The notes beneath the pieces were generated by a model, which saw only the letters and a list, made by a program, of their open reading frames with translations, was not told the DNA's origin and ran no database searches. From Candidatus Eremiobacteria bacterium (GTDB lineage Bacteria; Vulcanimicrobiota; Vulcanimicrobiia; Vulcanimicrobiales; Vulcanimicrobiaceae): a DNA stretch of 42,481 nt. Shown piece by piece: positions 24,955-34,257 of this stretch. The stretch's first letter is position 1. The number at the start of each line of letters is the position of its first letter. The translations under genes and the position numbers were made by a program. The DNA lies in contig JANWKW010000088.1 in NCBI GenBank assembly GCA_025451135.1, positions 1 through 42,481 on the forward strand, written 5' to 3'.

Positions 24955-25719
24955 TCAGGGAAGGCGGAATAGGTCGCGGGCCGCGGCAGCGGTGCCGGCC
25001 GTCACGGCTACGAGCGGCTCCCCGAGCACCTCCGCCAGCTTCGCCGCCGTCGCGGCGACGAAGGCGGGTTCGTTGCGTTTGCCGCGATGGGGGATCGGGG
25101 CCAGGTACGGGCAGTCGGTCTCGAGGATCAGCGGCGCGAGCCCGACCGCGCGGACGGCGTCCCGCAGCCCGTCGGCGGTCTTGAACGTCAGGACGCCGCC
25201 GATGCCGAGTTTGAGATCGAACTCCCCCACGTAGATCTTCGCCTGTTCGGCATCGCCGGTGAAGCAGTGGATCACGCCGCGCATACCGGGAACGAACTCG
25301 TCGCGCAGGATCGCGACGAAGTCGTCGAAGGCATCGCGGTGGTGGAAGATCAACGGCAGGTCGCGTTCGCGCGCGAGGCGCATCTGCGCGCGCAGCACGC
25401 GTGCCTGCGCGTCGCGCGGGCTGTGGTCGTAGTAGTAGTCGAGCCCGGTCTCGCCGATCGCGGCCACCGCCGGATCCGCCAGCAAGGGCGCGAACGCGGC
25501 GGCCAGGTCCTCGGGCGCATCCTTGGCCTCGTGCGGGTGGATGCCGACCGACGCGCGCAGCCCGTACTCGCGCGCGCACGCGATCGCGCGTCCGCTATCG
25601 GCCAGATCGCAGCCGACGGTGAGCATCGCGTCCACGCCGGCCGCCCGCGCGCGCGCGACGACCTCCGCGCGATCCACGTCGAACGCCTTGTCGTGGACGT
25701 GCGCGTGGCTGTCGATCAC
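24955..25719 (-). CDS. tatD: TatD-family metal-dependent hydrolase (DNase)
   Basis: The GTG at 25719 overlaps the upstream stop (GTGA). Motifs IDSHAHV, GIHPHEA, IGETGLDYYY, IFHHRDA, GVIHCFTG and LETDCPYL. Confidence 0.9.
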   Translation of the reverse strand: MIDSHAHVHDKAFDVDRAEVVARARAAGVDAMLTVGCDLADSGRAIACAREYGLRASVGIHPHEAKDAPEDLAAAFAPLLADPAVAAIGETGLDYYYDHSPRDAQARVLRAQMRLARERDLPLIFHHRDAFDDFVAILRDEFVPGMRGVIHCFTGDAEQAKIYVGEFDLKLGIGGVLTFKTADGLRDAVRAVGLAPLILETDCPYLAPIPHRGKRNEPAFVAATAAKLAEVLGEPLVAVTAGTAAAARDLFRLP

Positions 25720-27383
25720 GCGGTCAGCTCGACGACCATGTTGCGGCCGCGGCGTTTGGCCGTATAGAGCGCGTTGTCGGCGCGGGCCAGCGCGCTTTCG
25801 AGCGACTCGCCGACCTCGAGCGTCGCGACCCCGACCGAGCACGTGACCGGCGTGCCGTCGGCGTGGAACAGCCCGCACGCTTCGATGCCGGCGCGCAATC
25901 GCTCGGCGACCGCGAGCGCGGTCTCGCTGCTGGCGCGCGGCATGACGACCAGGAACTCTTCTCCGCCGAACCGTCCGGCCCGGTCGCCGTCGCGCACGTT
26001 GCGCGCCACGATCTCGCCGACCGTACGCAGGCAGCGATCGCCGGCCAGATGGCCGAGGCGGTCGTTGATCGCCTTGAAGTGGTCGATGTCGAGCAGCAGC
26101 AGCGCGCCCGGTTCGGCCGGCTCGCCTTCGAGCGTAGCGCGGACGTAATCGAGGATGGTCGAGCGGTTCGCGAGCTGCGTGAGCCCGTCGATCTCGGCCG
26201 CCTCTTGAGCGCGCTGGATGTTGCCGAGATCGCGCAGCAGCGGCGCGAGTTCGCGCGCGGTCTGCACCAGCTTCTCGGGGTTGCCGATCCGCCCGTCGCG
26301 GGCGTTGCGCAGCGCGCAGATCGCGCCGATCAGATGGCCGTGCTCGTCGTACGCGCCGGCCGCCACCACCGAACGCGACCCGTCCTCGCTCGCGAGCCAG
26401 CCGCCGCGGCGATCGGTCAGCCGGCGCACGGCCGCGGCCCGCAGGAGGTCGAACTCGCCGTCGCGCGGCGGACCTATGCTGGTGACGACGCGCCACTCGG
26501 CATCCCGCCCGATCGCGGCCACCACCTGGATGGTCTCGCGAGCGGAGCCGCCGAGCGACGCCGCCACCACCGAGTTGATCTGCGGGATGGGATCGCGCTC
26601 GACGAGCATGGCGGTGATGGCGTCGCGGGTCATGCGCAGGCGCGCGTTCTCGCTGCGCGCGAGATAGAGCGAACGCGCGATGACGGCCAGGGTCGGAAGC
26701 GGCAGCCAGGCCAGCAGCGCGAAGAGCGGCCCGGCCCGCAGCATGAACTCGCAGCAGGCGTACGCCCAGATCGCCTGGATCGCGAGCAGTCCCCACAGGT
26801 GCCGGTCGCGCAGGTAGCGCTTCCAGACGCGTTCGATCGGCAGGCGCTCGCGCCAGGCCGTCGTCGGAAGATGCCAGAGGTAGATGAAGGCCAGCAGCGC
26901 CAGCATCATCGCGACCTCGAACGCCAAGAACGCCTGCGGCGTGAAGGCGAAAACGCTCTGCGGGAGTCGCGAGCGGAACGCGTCGCCGAACAGGAAGAAG
27001 ATCGCGCGCGATCCGCCGCCGAACGCGAGCGCCGACCAGTCGGCCCGCCGCCGGAGCAGCCGCGAGACCGGGAACCCGATCAGGGTCGCGATGGCGGCCG
27101 CCGCGCCGCCCGCCACGATGAAGAGCGAGAGCGTGATCGGCAGGTCCAGCGAGACCGAATCCTCGACCGTGTGCGAACGCTTGCCGCGCAGGCCGCGCAG
27201 CGGCACGCTGTAGCGGACCGCGATCGCGATCATCGCGATCGCGACGCCGATCAGGATGCGGACGTCGAGACGTCCGAGCGAGGGATCGTGCGGCGCGCGC
27301 CACGCGACCGCGACCGCCGCGACGGCGAACGTGAGCACGTTGAACGTGCGGATCACGTTGCGCGGTCGAAGCTGGACGCTCAC
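25716..27383 (-). CDS. Membrane-anchored diguanylate cyclase (multi-TM sensor + GAF-like linker + GGDEF)
   Basis: The GTG at 27383 overlaps the metG stop (GTGA). About 8 TM helices, then DGLTQLANR, LLLLDIDHFKAINDRLGH, I-site RDGD placed 5 residues before GGEEF, and a YTAKRRGRN tail. Confidence 0.85.
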   Translation of the reverse strand: MSVQLRPRNVIRTFNVLTFAVAAVAVAWRAPHDPSLGRLDVRILIGVAIAMIAIAVRYSVPLRGLRGKRSHTVEDSVSLDLPITLSLFIVAGGAAAAIATLIGFPVSRLLRRRADWSALAFGGGSRAIFFLFGDAFRSRLPQSVFAFTPQAFLAFEVAMMLALLAFIYLWHLPTTAWRERLPIERVWKRYLRDRHLWGLLAIQAIWAYACCEFMLRAGPLFALLAWLPLPTLAVIARSLYLARSENARLRMTRDAITAMLVERDPIPQINSVVAASLGGSARETIQVVAAIGRDAEWRVVTSIGPPRDGEFDLLRAAAVRRLTDRRGGWLASEDGSRSVVAAGAYDEHGHLIGAICALRNARDGRIGNPEKLVQTARELAPLLRDLGNIQRAQEAAEIDGLTQLANRSTILDYVRATLEGEPAEPGALLLLDIDHFKAINDRLGHLAGDRCLRTVGEIVARNVRDGDRAGRFGGEEFLVVMPRASSETALAVAERLRAGIEACGLFHADGTPVTCSVGVATLEVGESLESALARADNALYTAKRRGRNMVVELTA

Positions 27384-28900
27384 GTCGGAGCGAGTTCGAT
27401 CCGCGGGAACAGGGCCTCTCCCGGCTGCGTCCGCGTTCCGGGCGCGAGGCCGCCCCACACCAGCGCCGCCTCCCAATCCGCGCCGATCGCGCCCTCGACG
27501 CCGAGCTGCCGCCAGATCTCGCGCGCGCGTTCCGGCATCACCGGCGCGAGCAGCATCGCGAGCCAGCGCAGACCCTCGCACAGGTCGTAGAGCAGCGCGT
27601 CCAGCTCCTCGTGCCGCTCTTCTTTGTAGAGCGCCCACGGCTTGCGATCGTCGATGGCGCGGTTGAGCGCGTTCACCAGCTCCCAGACGGACTCCAGCGC
27701 GCCGCGGAAATCGAGCGCGAAGGTCTTCTCCGCCACGGTCGCGGGCAGGGCGGCGAAGCGCGCGCCGAACGCGTCGTCGCGGCCGCGTTCGGGCACGACC
27801 CCGCCGCGGTACTTCTGCAGCATCGCGAGCGAGCGGCGCATCAGATTGCCGAGGTCGTTGCCGAGGTCGTGGTTGTGACGCTGCGCGATCTTCTCTTCGC
27901 TATACGAGAAGTCGCTTCCGAACGGAGCCTCGCGCAGGAGGAAATAGCGCAGCGAATCGGCGCCGAACTTCTCGGCCAGCGCGACCGGATCGACCGCGTT
28001 GCCGAGCGACTTGCCGATCTTCTGGCCGTCGAGCGTGATCCAGCCGTGCGCGAAGACCTGCTGGGGCGCCTCTTCGCCGATCGCCCACAGCACGGCCGGC
28101 CAGATGATGGTGTGGAAGCGCGCGATCTCCTTGCCGACCAGCTGGACGGTCGCCGGCCAGAACTTCTTGAAGAGCGCATCCTCGTCGGACCACCCGAGCG
28201 CGGTGATGTAGTTGAGGAGCGCGTCGAACCAGACGTAGATCACGCCGCCGCCGCCCGGGATCGGGATGCCCCAATCGAATTTCGTGCGCGAGATCGAGAA
28301 GTCGTCGAGACCCTCTTCGAGCAGCGCCATCATCTCGTTGTAGACCGGGCGCGGACGCACGAATTCGGGATTCTCCCGGAAGTACGCGATCAACCGGTCG
28401 CGGTACTTCGAGAGACGGAAGAACCAGTCGTCCTCGGAGAGCCATTCGACCGTGCGGCCGCAGGTCGGGCACTTGCCGTCGACGAGCTTGGATTCGAGCC
28501 AGAACGTCTCGTCTTGGACGCAGTACCAGCCTTCGTACTTTCCGAGATAGACGTCGCCGTTCTCGCGCAGCCGGTCGAAGATCTTCTGCACGACGCGCTC
28601 GTGACGCGGCTCGGTCGTGCGGATGAAATCGTCGTACGCCACGTTGTAGAGCGCGAAGAGCGCCTTCCAGCGCGGCACCAGCTCGTCGCACCACTCCTGC
28701 GGGGTCTTGCCGGCGGCGCGGGCCGCGTCGGCGACCTTCTGGCCGTGCTCGTCGGTGCCGGTCAGGAAGTGCGCGTCGCCGCGGGTGCGGGCCGTCCGCG
28801 CGAGCACGTCCGCGACCACGGTGGTGTACGCGTGGCCGATATGCGGATTCCCGCTGATGTAATAGATCGGGGTGGTGACGTAAAAAGGACGGTGGGTCAT
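27380..28900 (-). CDS. metG: Methionine--tRNA ligase (short form)
   Basis: PIYYISGNPHIGH (HIGH motif), CPTCGR zinc knuckle, and GQKIGKSLGN (KMSKS-type motif). Confidence 0.95.
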   Translation of the reverse strand: MTHRPFYVTTPIYYISGNPHIGHAYTTVVADVLARTARTRGDAHFLTGTDEHGQKVADAARAAGKTPQEWCDELVPRWKALFALYNVAYDDFIRTTEPRHERVVQKIFDRLRENGDVYLGKYEGWYCVQDETFWLESKLVDGKCPTCGRTVEWLSEDDWFFRLSKYRDRLIAYFRENPEFVRPRPVYNEMMALLEEGLDDFSISRTKFDWGIPIPGGGGVIYVWFDALLNYITALGWSDEDALFKKFWPATVQLVGKEIARFHTIIWPAVLWAIGEEAPQQVFAHGWITLDGQKIGKSLGNAVDPVALAEKFGADSLRYFLLREAPFGSDFSYSEEKIAQRHNHDLGNDLGNLMRRSLAMLQKYRGGVVPERGRDDAFGARFAALPATVAEKTFALDFRGALESVWELVNALNRAIDDRKPWALYKEERHEELDALLYDLCEGLRWLAMLLAPVMPERAREIWRQLGVEGAIGADWEAALVWGGLAPGTRTQPGEALFPRIELAPT

Positions 28901-28915
28901 AGGGGTCCCGCCTCT

Positions 28916-29764
28916 TTACCGCTTCGCGCCGACGCTCTCCCTCTGCGCGTGCTTGCGTTCGACGGCGCGCGCGTAGAGGTCGCGGCGCTCACCCAAGCCG
29001 CGCTCCGCGAGCGACCGTGCGATCTCGGCGACCGGAGCCCCTTCGGCCAGGAGCCGGTCGATGGCGACGTCGACGCCCGCCGGCGCCGGCGCCGGCGCCG
29101 GCTCCTGGGGCGCGACCGCGAAGGCGATCTCGCCGCGGATCGGATCGGGGAGGGCGGCCGCGACCTCGGCGGCCGTGCCCAGGATCTGCAGCTCGTGCAG
29201 CTTCGTATACTCGCGGACCAGGAAGACGCGCGCCTCCGGGGCCACCGCGGTCAGGTCGCGCAGGGTCGCGAGGATGCGCTGAGGCGACTCGTACCAGAGC
29301 GTGGTGGCGCCGCTGCCGAAAGCGGCTCGCAGCGCGTCGCGGCGCGCTCCGCTCGCGCGCGGGGGGAAGCCCTCGAAGACGAACCGTCGCAGGTCGAAGC
29401 CGGACAGGACCGCGACGCCGAGGGCCGCGCTCGCGCCCGGCAAGACGTCGACCGCGACGCCGTCGCGCCGGGCCGCGGCGACCAGCTCGGTGCCGGGATC
29501 GGAGATACCGGGCATGCCGGCGTCGGTGGTGACGACCACGTTCTGGGTGCGCGCGCGCTCCAGGATGCCGGCGGTCGCGCCGGCCGCGTTCTGCTCGCGG
29601 TACGACCAGATCTCCTTGCCCGGCAGTGCGAGAGCGCCCAGCAGCTTGCGTGCGACCCGGGTATCCTCGGCGACGATCAGGTCGCACTCGCGCAGCGCGT
29701 CGAGTCCGCGCAGCGTCATGTCGCGCAGGTTCCCGAGCGGCGTCGGCACGAGGATGAGCGGCAT
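28916..29764 (-). CDS. rsmI: 16S rRNA (cytidine1402-2'-O)-methyltransferase
   Basis: LVPTPLGNLRDMTLR, AEDTR, DAGMPGISDPG, LPGASA and FEGFPP motifs. A (PA)4 linker precedes the C-terminal extension. Confidence 0.9.
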   Translation of the reverse strand: MPLILVPTPLGNLRDMTLRGLDALRECDLIVAEDTRVARKLLGALALPGKEIWSYREQNAAGATAGILERARTQNVVVTTDAGMPGISDPGTELVAAARRDGVAVDVLPGASAALGVAVLSGFDLRRFVFEGFPPRASGARRDALRAAFGSGATTLWYESPQRILATLRDLTAVAPEARVFLVREYTKLHELQILGTAAEVAAALPDPIRGEIAFAVAPQEPAPAPAPAGVDVAIDRLLAEGAPVAEIARSLAERGLGERRDLYARAVERKHAQRESVGAKR

Positions 29765-29774
29765 CAGAGCCGGC

Positions 29775-30977
29775 TCAAGAGCGGATGACCTGCCAGACCT
29801 GCTTGAGGTTCGGCGCGCGGCCGTAGAGCAGCATGCCGACGCGATACAGCTTGCCGGCGGCGATCGCGATCGCCCACAGCGCGACGACGTTGATGGCGAC
29901 GCACAGCACGATCTGCCAGATGGGGACGTCGGTGACCGCGATCCGCGCGAACATCACGAACGGCGAGACCAGCGGCAGGAACGAGACGCCGACGATCCAC
30001 GGGAGATCGGGCACCTGGATCGCGACGATCGCGAGGATGAACGCGAACACGACCGGCATCACGACCGGGATCGAGACGCTGCCCAGATCCTCGGTGCGGT
30101 TCACGAGCGAGCCGAGTCCGGCCATCAGCATCGAGAGCTGGCCGAAGCCGAGCAGGAACAGGATCAAGAACGAGACGATCTCGGTCACGGTCACGCCGCC
30201 CCCGAGCATCGCGCCCGGATCGATCGTCCGGCCGCTGTGCATGCCGTTGGCGCCGAGCAGGATTCCGACCGTCACCCAGATGGCGAGCTGCAGGAGCGCG
30301 AGCGTGGTCGCGACCGCGATCTTGCCGTACAGCAGCGGCACCGGCGAGATCGACGCGACCAACAGCTCGGCGATGCGGCTGGTCTTCTCCTCGGCGACCG
30401 AACTCATCACCAGCTGGCTGTTGATCAAGATCAGCATGTAGAGGAAGATCAGCAGCGTGAACGCGATCCCCTCGGCCGCATCGGCCTGCGCCGCGCTGGA
30501 GAAATGCGCGTCGAGCGCGCGGACGTCGACCGGCACGGCCATGAGCGTGGCCAGGCGCGCCTGCGAGACGTCGGTGGCGAGCGCGACGTTGAGCGGCGCG
30601 AGCCGGCGGCCGGCGATGCCCCAATTCTTGGACGGATCCTTCGCGTAGACGGTGACCTTGAGCCCGTTCGCGTTCGCGATCGAGATCCAAGCGGTCGCCT
30701 TGCGGGCCTTGAGCGCGGCGGCGCTGGGCGGGCTCGTGTCCGTCGTCGTCGCGACGATCGCGTAGTCGTTGGCGAGCAGCGTCTTGGCGCGGTCCAGTAC
30801 GCCGGCCGGAGCGGCCAGCACCACGTCGGTCGTGTGCGAGGCGGCGCCGCGCAGGAGGTCCGGCAGCTTCGTGAAGAGCGCGATGCTGACGATGCCGATC
30901 AGCAAGCCGATCTGGAACGGGCGCGATCTGATGCGCCGCATCAGCTCGGTCGAATAGACGACGATGAAATCGTTCAT
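29775..30977 (-). CDS. ABC-2 type transporter permease (NatB-like)
   Basis: N-terminal TM, a large extracytoplasmic loop, then SSVAEEKTSRIAELL and five C-terminal TMs. ATGA overlap with the ATPase gene. Confidence 0.8.
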   Translation of the reverse strand: MNDFIVVYSTELMRRIRSRPFQIGLLIGIVSIALFTKLPDLLRGAASHTTDVVLAAPAGVLDRAKTLLANDYAIVATTTDTSPPSAAALKARKATAWISIANANGLKVTVYAKDPSKNWGIAGRRLAPLNVALATDVSQARLATLMAVPVDVRALDAHFSSAAQADAAEGIAFTLLIFLYMLILINSQLVMSSVAEEKTSRIAELLVASISPVPLLYGKIAVATTLALLQLAIWVTVGILLGANGMHSGRTIDPGAMLGGGVTVTEIVSFLILFLLGFGQLSMLMAGLGSLVNRTEDLGSVSIPVVMPVVFAFILAIVAIQVPDLPWIVGVSFLPLVSPFVMFARIAVTDVPIWQIVLCVAINVVALWAIAIAAGKLYRVGMLLYGRAPNLKQVWQVIRS

Positions 30978-31873
30978 GCCGCTTCACCGATGGTCTTGAT
31001 GTAGATGTCGTGGAGCGACGGCTCGATCGCGTCGAAACGGTGGATGTCGGCGGCGCCGACGAGCGATCGCAGGACGGCGGAGAAATCGGTGTTCGCCGGC
31101 ACCGCATAGTCGACCGAGTCTTGATCGGTCGCGACGAATGTCGCGCCCGGCACCCGGTCGAGCACCGCGCGCACGGCCTCGACGCCCGGTGCGACGCGCA
31201 GCACGCGCGTCGCCCAGGCGGACCGCAGGTCGGCGAGCGTCCCGGACGCGCGGTTCTCGCCGGCCGTGATGATGCAGAACCGTTCGCAAAGCGCTTCGAG
31301 CTGCCACATCTGGTGCGACGAGAGCACCAGCGTGGTGCCCTGGGCCTTGAGATCGTTGAAGACGGCCAGCAGCATGTCGGCGTTGACCGGGTCCAGCCCG
31401 GAGAACGGTTCGTCGAGGATCAGGAACTCGGGGTGGTGCACGGCCGCGCACGCGACCTGGACCTTCTGCTGGTTGCCTTTGGAGAGTTCGGAACACGGCC
31501 GCTCGGCGTACTGCCCGATCTCCAGTCGTTCGATCCACCGAGCGGTGCGCTGCGAGATCTCGGGCTCGACCAGTCCGTGCAGGCGCCCGAAGAACGCGAT
31601 CTGCTCGCGGACCTTCATCTTGCCGTAGAGGCCGCGCTCTTCGGGCAGATAGCCGAAGCGGCGGCGCATCGTGCCGTCGACCTTCTTGCCGTTCCACGCG
31701 ATCGTCCCGGCGTCGGGCGTGAGGATGCCCAGGATCATGCGCATGGTGGTGGTCTTGCCGGCGCCGTTGGGACCGAGCAGGCCGAACGTGATGCCGGTCG
31801 GGATCTCGAACGAGACGTCGCCGACGGCCCGGACGCTGCCGAACTCTTTGCGGATGTGATCGACGGTTAACAT
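30974..31873 (-). CDS. ABC transporter ATP-binding protein (NatA-like)
   Basis: Walker A GPNGAGKTT, signature LSKGNQQK, Walker B LILDEPFSGLD. Confidence 0.9.
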   Translation of the reverse strand: MLTVDHIRKEFGSVRAVGDVSFEIPTGITFGLLGPNGAGKTTTMRMILGILTPDAGTIAWNGKKVDGTMRRRFGYLPEERGLYGKMKVREQIAFFGRLHGLVEPEISQRTARWIERLEIGQYAERPCSELSKGNQQKVQVACAAVHHPEFLILDEPFSGLDPVNADMLLAVFNDLKAQGTTLVLSSHQMWQLEALCERFCIITAGENRASGTLADLRSAWATRVLRVAPGVEAVRAVLDRVPGATFVATDQDSVDYAVPANTDFSAVLRSLVGAADIHRFDAIEPSLHDIYIKTIGEAA

Positions 31874-31874
31874 G

Positions 31875-33263
31875 TCATCCTTCGGTCGGGAGAGGAGCGG
31901 GCCGCCGGACGCGCACGAGCACGAGCATCGCGAGCGCCGCGACGAGGAAGCCGACGTAGTACGAGAGATCGCCCAGCTGCGGATACGCCTTGGCGAACGG
32001 TCCGGCGTAGAGCGCTTGGTTCCAGAACGGCACCGAGGCGGCGAGGCCGATCAGCCACGCCCAGAAACCGGAGTGCCATCCCGGTTGGGCGAGCACGTCG
32101 GCGCGCCGCGCGCCGCGCTGCCACCAGTCGACCAGCAGGACCGCCGCCCAGGGCGACGCCCAGTACGAGAGGAGCAGCAAGAAGTTGGTGTAGTCGGCGG
32201 CCATCTCTTTGGGGTGTCCGCCGCCGGTCGCGATCAGCGCGCCGAGCACGCCGACGATCAGCGCCGCGATCGGACGCTTGATCTTGACGCGGAACGCGAC
32301 CAGCGCCGCGAGCGCTCCGGAATAGAGGTTCATACAATTGGCCGTCAAGGTCCCTAGTACCACGGTCGCCAGCACGAGTTTCGCGATCGTCCCGTTGCCG
32401 AGCAGGATCGCGATCGCGTCGGTCGGGATCGCCTGCGAGAGGTCGACGCGGGGGACGGCGCTCACGGTCGCCGCGCCGACGATCTCGAGCACGATGCACG
32501 GGACCGCGCACCCCAGGAACGAGTACCACCAGACCGCCCGCGGGTCGCTCGACGACGGCAGGTAGCGCGAGTAGTCGGCGGCCGCCGGGATCCAGCCGGT
32601 CGCATACGAGAACGCGAGCGCGGTCGCGTAGATGAAACCCGCGAGCGCCCCGCCGACCGCGACCGGCGCGTGCGGATCGAAGGCGACGTTGAAATTCGCC
32701 TTCGAGAACGTGACGAACAGCAGCAGCGTGAAGCCGGCCGCGAGCAGCCACATCGAGACTCGCTCGAAGACGTGGATCAAGTTGTAGCCGTACACCGCCA
32801 GCACGATCTGGAGCAGCAGCATCAGGCCGAGGCTCAAGAAGTAGTTGAGACCGGTGATCGATTCGAGTGCGTACGCGCCGAAGACCGTGTTGATCGCGAA
32901 CCAGCCGACGCCCGCCACGAACGCCAAAGTGGCCGGTGCCGCGTTGCCGTCCGTCCCGAAGGCCAGGCGCGCGACCACCATCTGGGGCGCCCCGTACTTG
33001 GGGCCGAGGATCGAGAGCACCCCGAGCAGCCCGAAGCCGACCACGTTGCCGATCACGATGCCGTAGATGGCGCTGCGCAGGTCGGTGCCGTAGAGCGCGC
33101 AGATCAGCAAGCCGACCATCCAGGTCGCGATCTCGGCGTTGGCCGAGAACCACACGCCGAACAGATGGATGGGCGCGCCGTGGCGCTGGGCGTCGGCGAC
33201 CGGCTCGATTCCGGTCGGCTCGACCTCGAGGACCTGGTCTTTGTAGACCGGCGCTTGGCTCAA
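31875..33263 (-). CDS. NCS1-family (purine-cytosine permease-like) transporter
   Basis: 12-TM protein with the FGVWFSANAEIATW motif typical of CodB/NCS1 permeases. The TTG start overlaps the pncA stop (TTGA). Confidence 0.8.
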   Translation of the reverse strand: MSQAPVYKDQVLEVEPTGIEPVADAQRHGAPIHLFGVWFSANAEIATWMVGLLICALYGTDLRSAIYGIVIGNVVGFGLLGVLSILGPKYGAPQMVVARLAFGTDGNAAPATLAFVAGVGWFAINTVFGAYALESITGLNYFLSLGLMLLLQIVLAVYGYNLIHVFERVSMWLLAAGFTLLLFVTFSKANFNVAFDPHAPVAVGGALAGFIYATALAFSYATGWIPAAADYSRYLPSSSDPRAVWWYSFLGCAVPCIVLEIVGAATVSAVPRVDLSQAIPTDAIAILLGNGTIAKLVLATVVLGTLTANCMNLYSGALAALVAFRVKIKRPIAALIVGVLGALIATGGGHPKEMAADYTNFLLLLSYWASPWAAVLLVDWWQRGARRADVLAQPGWHSGFWAWLIGLAASVPFWNQALYAGPFAKAYPQLGDLSYYVGFLVAALAMLVLVRVRRPAPLPTEG

Positions 33264-33844
33264 GCCGCGCTGTCCCAGACCAGGTCGCGCGAGGTCGCGA
33301 ACTCGACGCCGGCCAGCCGCATCGCCTCGAGCGCGTCGCTCTCGTCGTCCGGCTGGACGTTGACGGCGGCGATGGCGTCGGTCAGCACGACCGCCCGGAA
33401 GCCGTAGACGGCCGCCTCGATCGACGTCATCTTGACGCAGTAATCGGTGGCCAGACCCGCGATGAAGATCCGCGTGATGCCGAGCACGCGCAATTCGCTC
33501 GCGAGTTGCGTGCCTGCGAACGCCGAGTAGCCGTCGGTATGGGGGTCGATGCCCTTATGCACGATCGCGTCGACGTGCTCGAGCTGCAGCAGCTTCGAGA
33601 ACGCCGCGCCCGGCGTGCCGGCCAGGCAGTGGAACGGCCACGGACCGCCGTTCGCCTGGAAGAACTCGTGGTCGGCGGGGTGCCAGTCGCCGGTCGCGAC
33701 GACGTGGGCGAAATGCGGCGCGATCCGGTTGATCGGACCGAAGATGCGCAGCCCGTCGGCGACCGCGAGGGGTCCCCCGGGCAGAAAATCGTTCTGCGGG
33801 TCGACGACGACGAGCGCGTCGGTCGGTTCGATACGATAGGACAT
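33260..33844 (-). CDS. pncA: Nicotinamidase/pyrazinamidase (isochorismatase family)
   Basis: LVVVDPQNDFLPGG, DWHPADH metal site, KG..., and GLATDYCV (catalytic Cys). GGAGG 12 nt upstream. Confidence 0.85.
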   Translation of the reverse strand: MSYRIEPTDALVVVDPQNDFLPGGPLAVADGLRIFGPINRIAPHFAHVVATGDWHPADHEFFQANGGPWPFHCLAGTPGAAFSKLLQLEHVDAIVHKGIDPHTDGYSAFAGTQLASELRVLGITRIFIAGLATDYCVKMTSIEAAVYGFRAVVLTDAIAAVNVQPDDESDALEAMRLAGVEFATSRDLVWDSAA

Positions 33845-33941
33845 GGCCGAAAGCGCCTCCGGGTGGTCGCAGGATGTATTAGCAGTCGTCGCGCACGGGT
33901 TCCTTTGTAAGCCGCTTCTTCACGTCGTGGAGGTTTTTCGC

Positions 33942-34250
33942 ATGGACAGCTCCAGTTCCAGCAGCGCCGGCGCGACCGCGTTCGTCGGCGCGTTCATCCT
34001 CGTCTACCTCGTGATCATCTGCGCCGCCGTGGCGTTCGCGATCTGGGTCCACTGGCGGATCCTCGCCAAGGCCGGGTTCAACGGCGCGCTCGCGCTGCTC
34101 ATCCTGATACCGCTGGGCGGGCTGGTCCCGCTATTGATGCTCGCGTTCGGCCGCTGGCCGATCGAGGATCAGCTCGCCGCGGCGCTCGCGGGCAGACCCG
34201 CGCCGCCCGTCAACCCGAACCCGTTCGCAGGACCGCCCGCGACCCAGTGA
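33942..34250 (+). CDS. Small membrane protein (2 TM) with a poly-Ser N-terminus and a Pro-rich tail
   Basis: ATG at 33942 with GGAGG 8 nt upstream. MDSSSSSS, two hydrophobic helices, and C-terminal PAPPVNPNPFAGPP. Confidence 0.5.
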   Translation: MDSSSSSSAGATAFVGAFILVYLVIICAAVAFAIWVHWRILAKAGFNGALALLILIPLGGLVPLLMLAFGRWPIEDQLAAALAGRPAPPVNPNPFAGPPATQ

Positions 34251-34257
34251 CGCGAGG

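Noticed and set aside
29079-29102. (GCCGGC)x4 perfect hexanucleotide tandem repeat, which is also self-complementary.
   Set aside because: It lies in frame inside rsmI and encodes a (Pro-Ala)4 linker before the C-terminal extension. It is most simply a low-complexity linker. It could vary in length by slippage, but nothing suggests a regulatory role.
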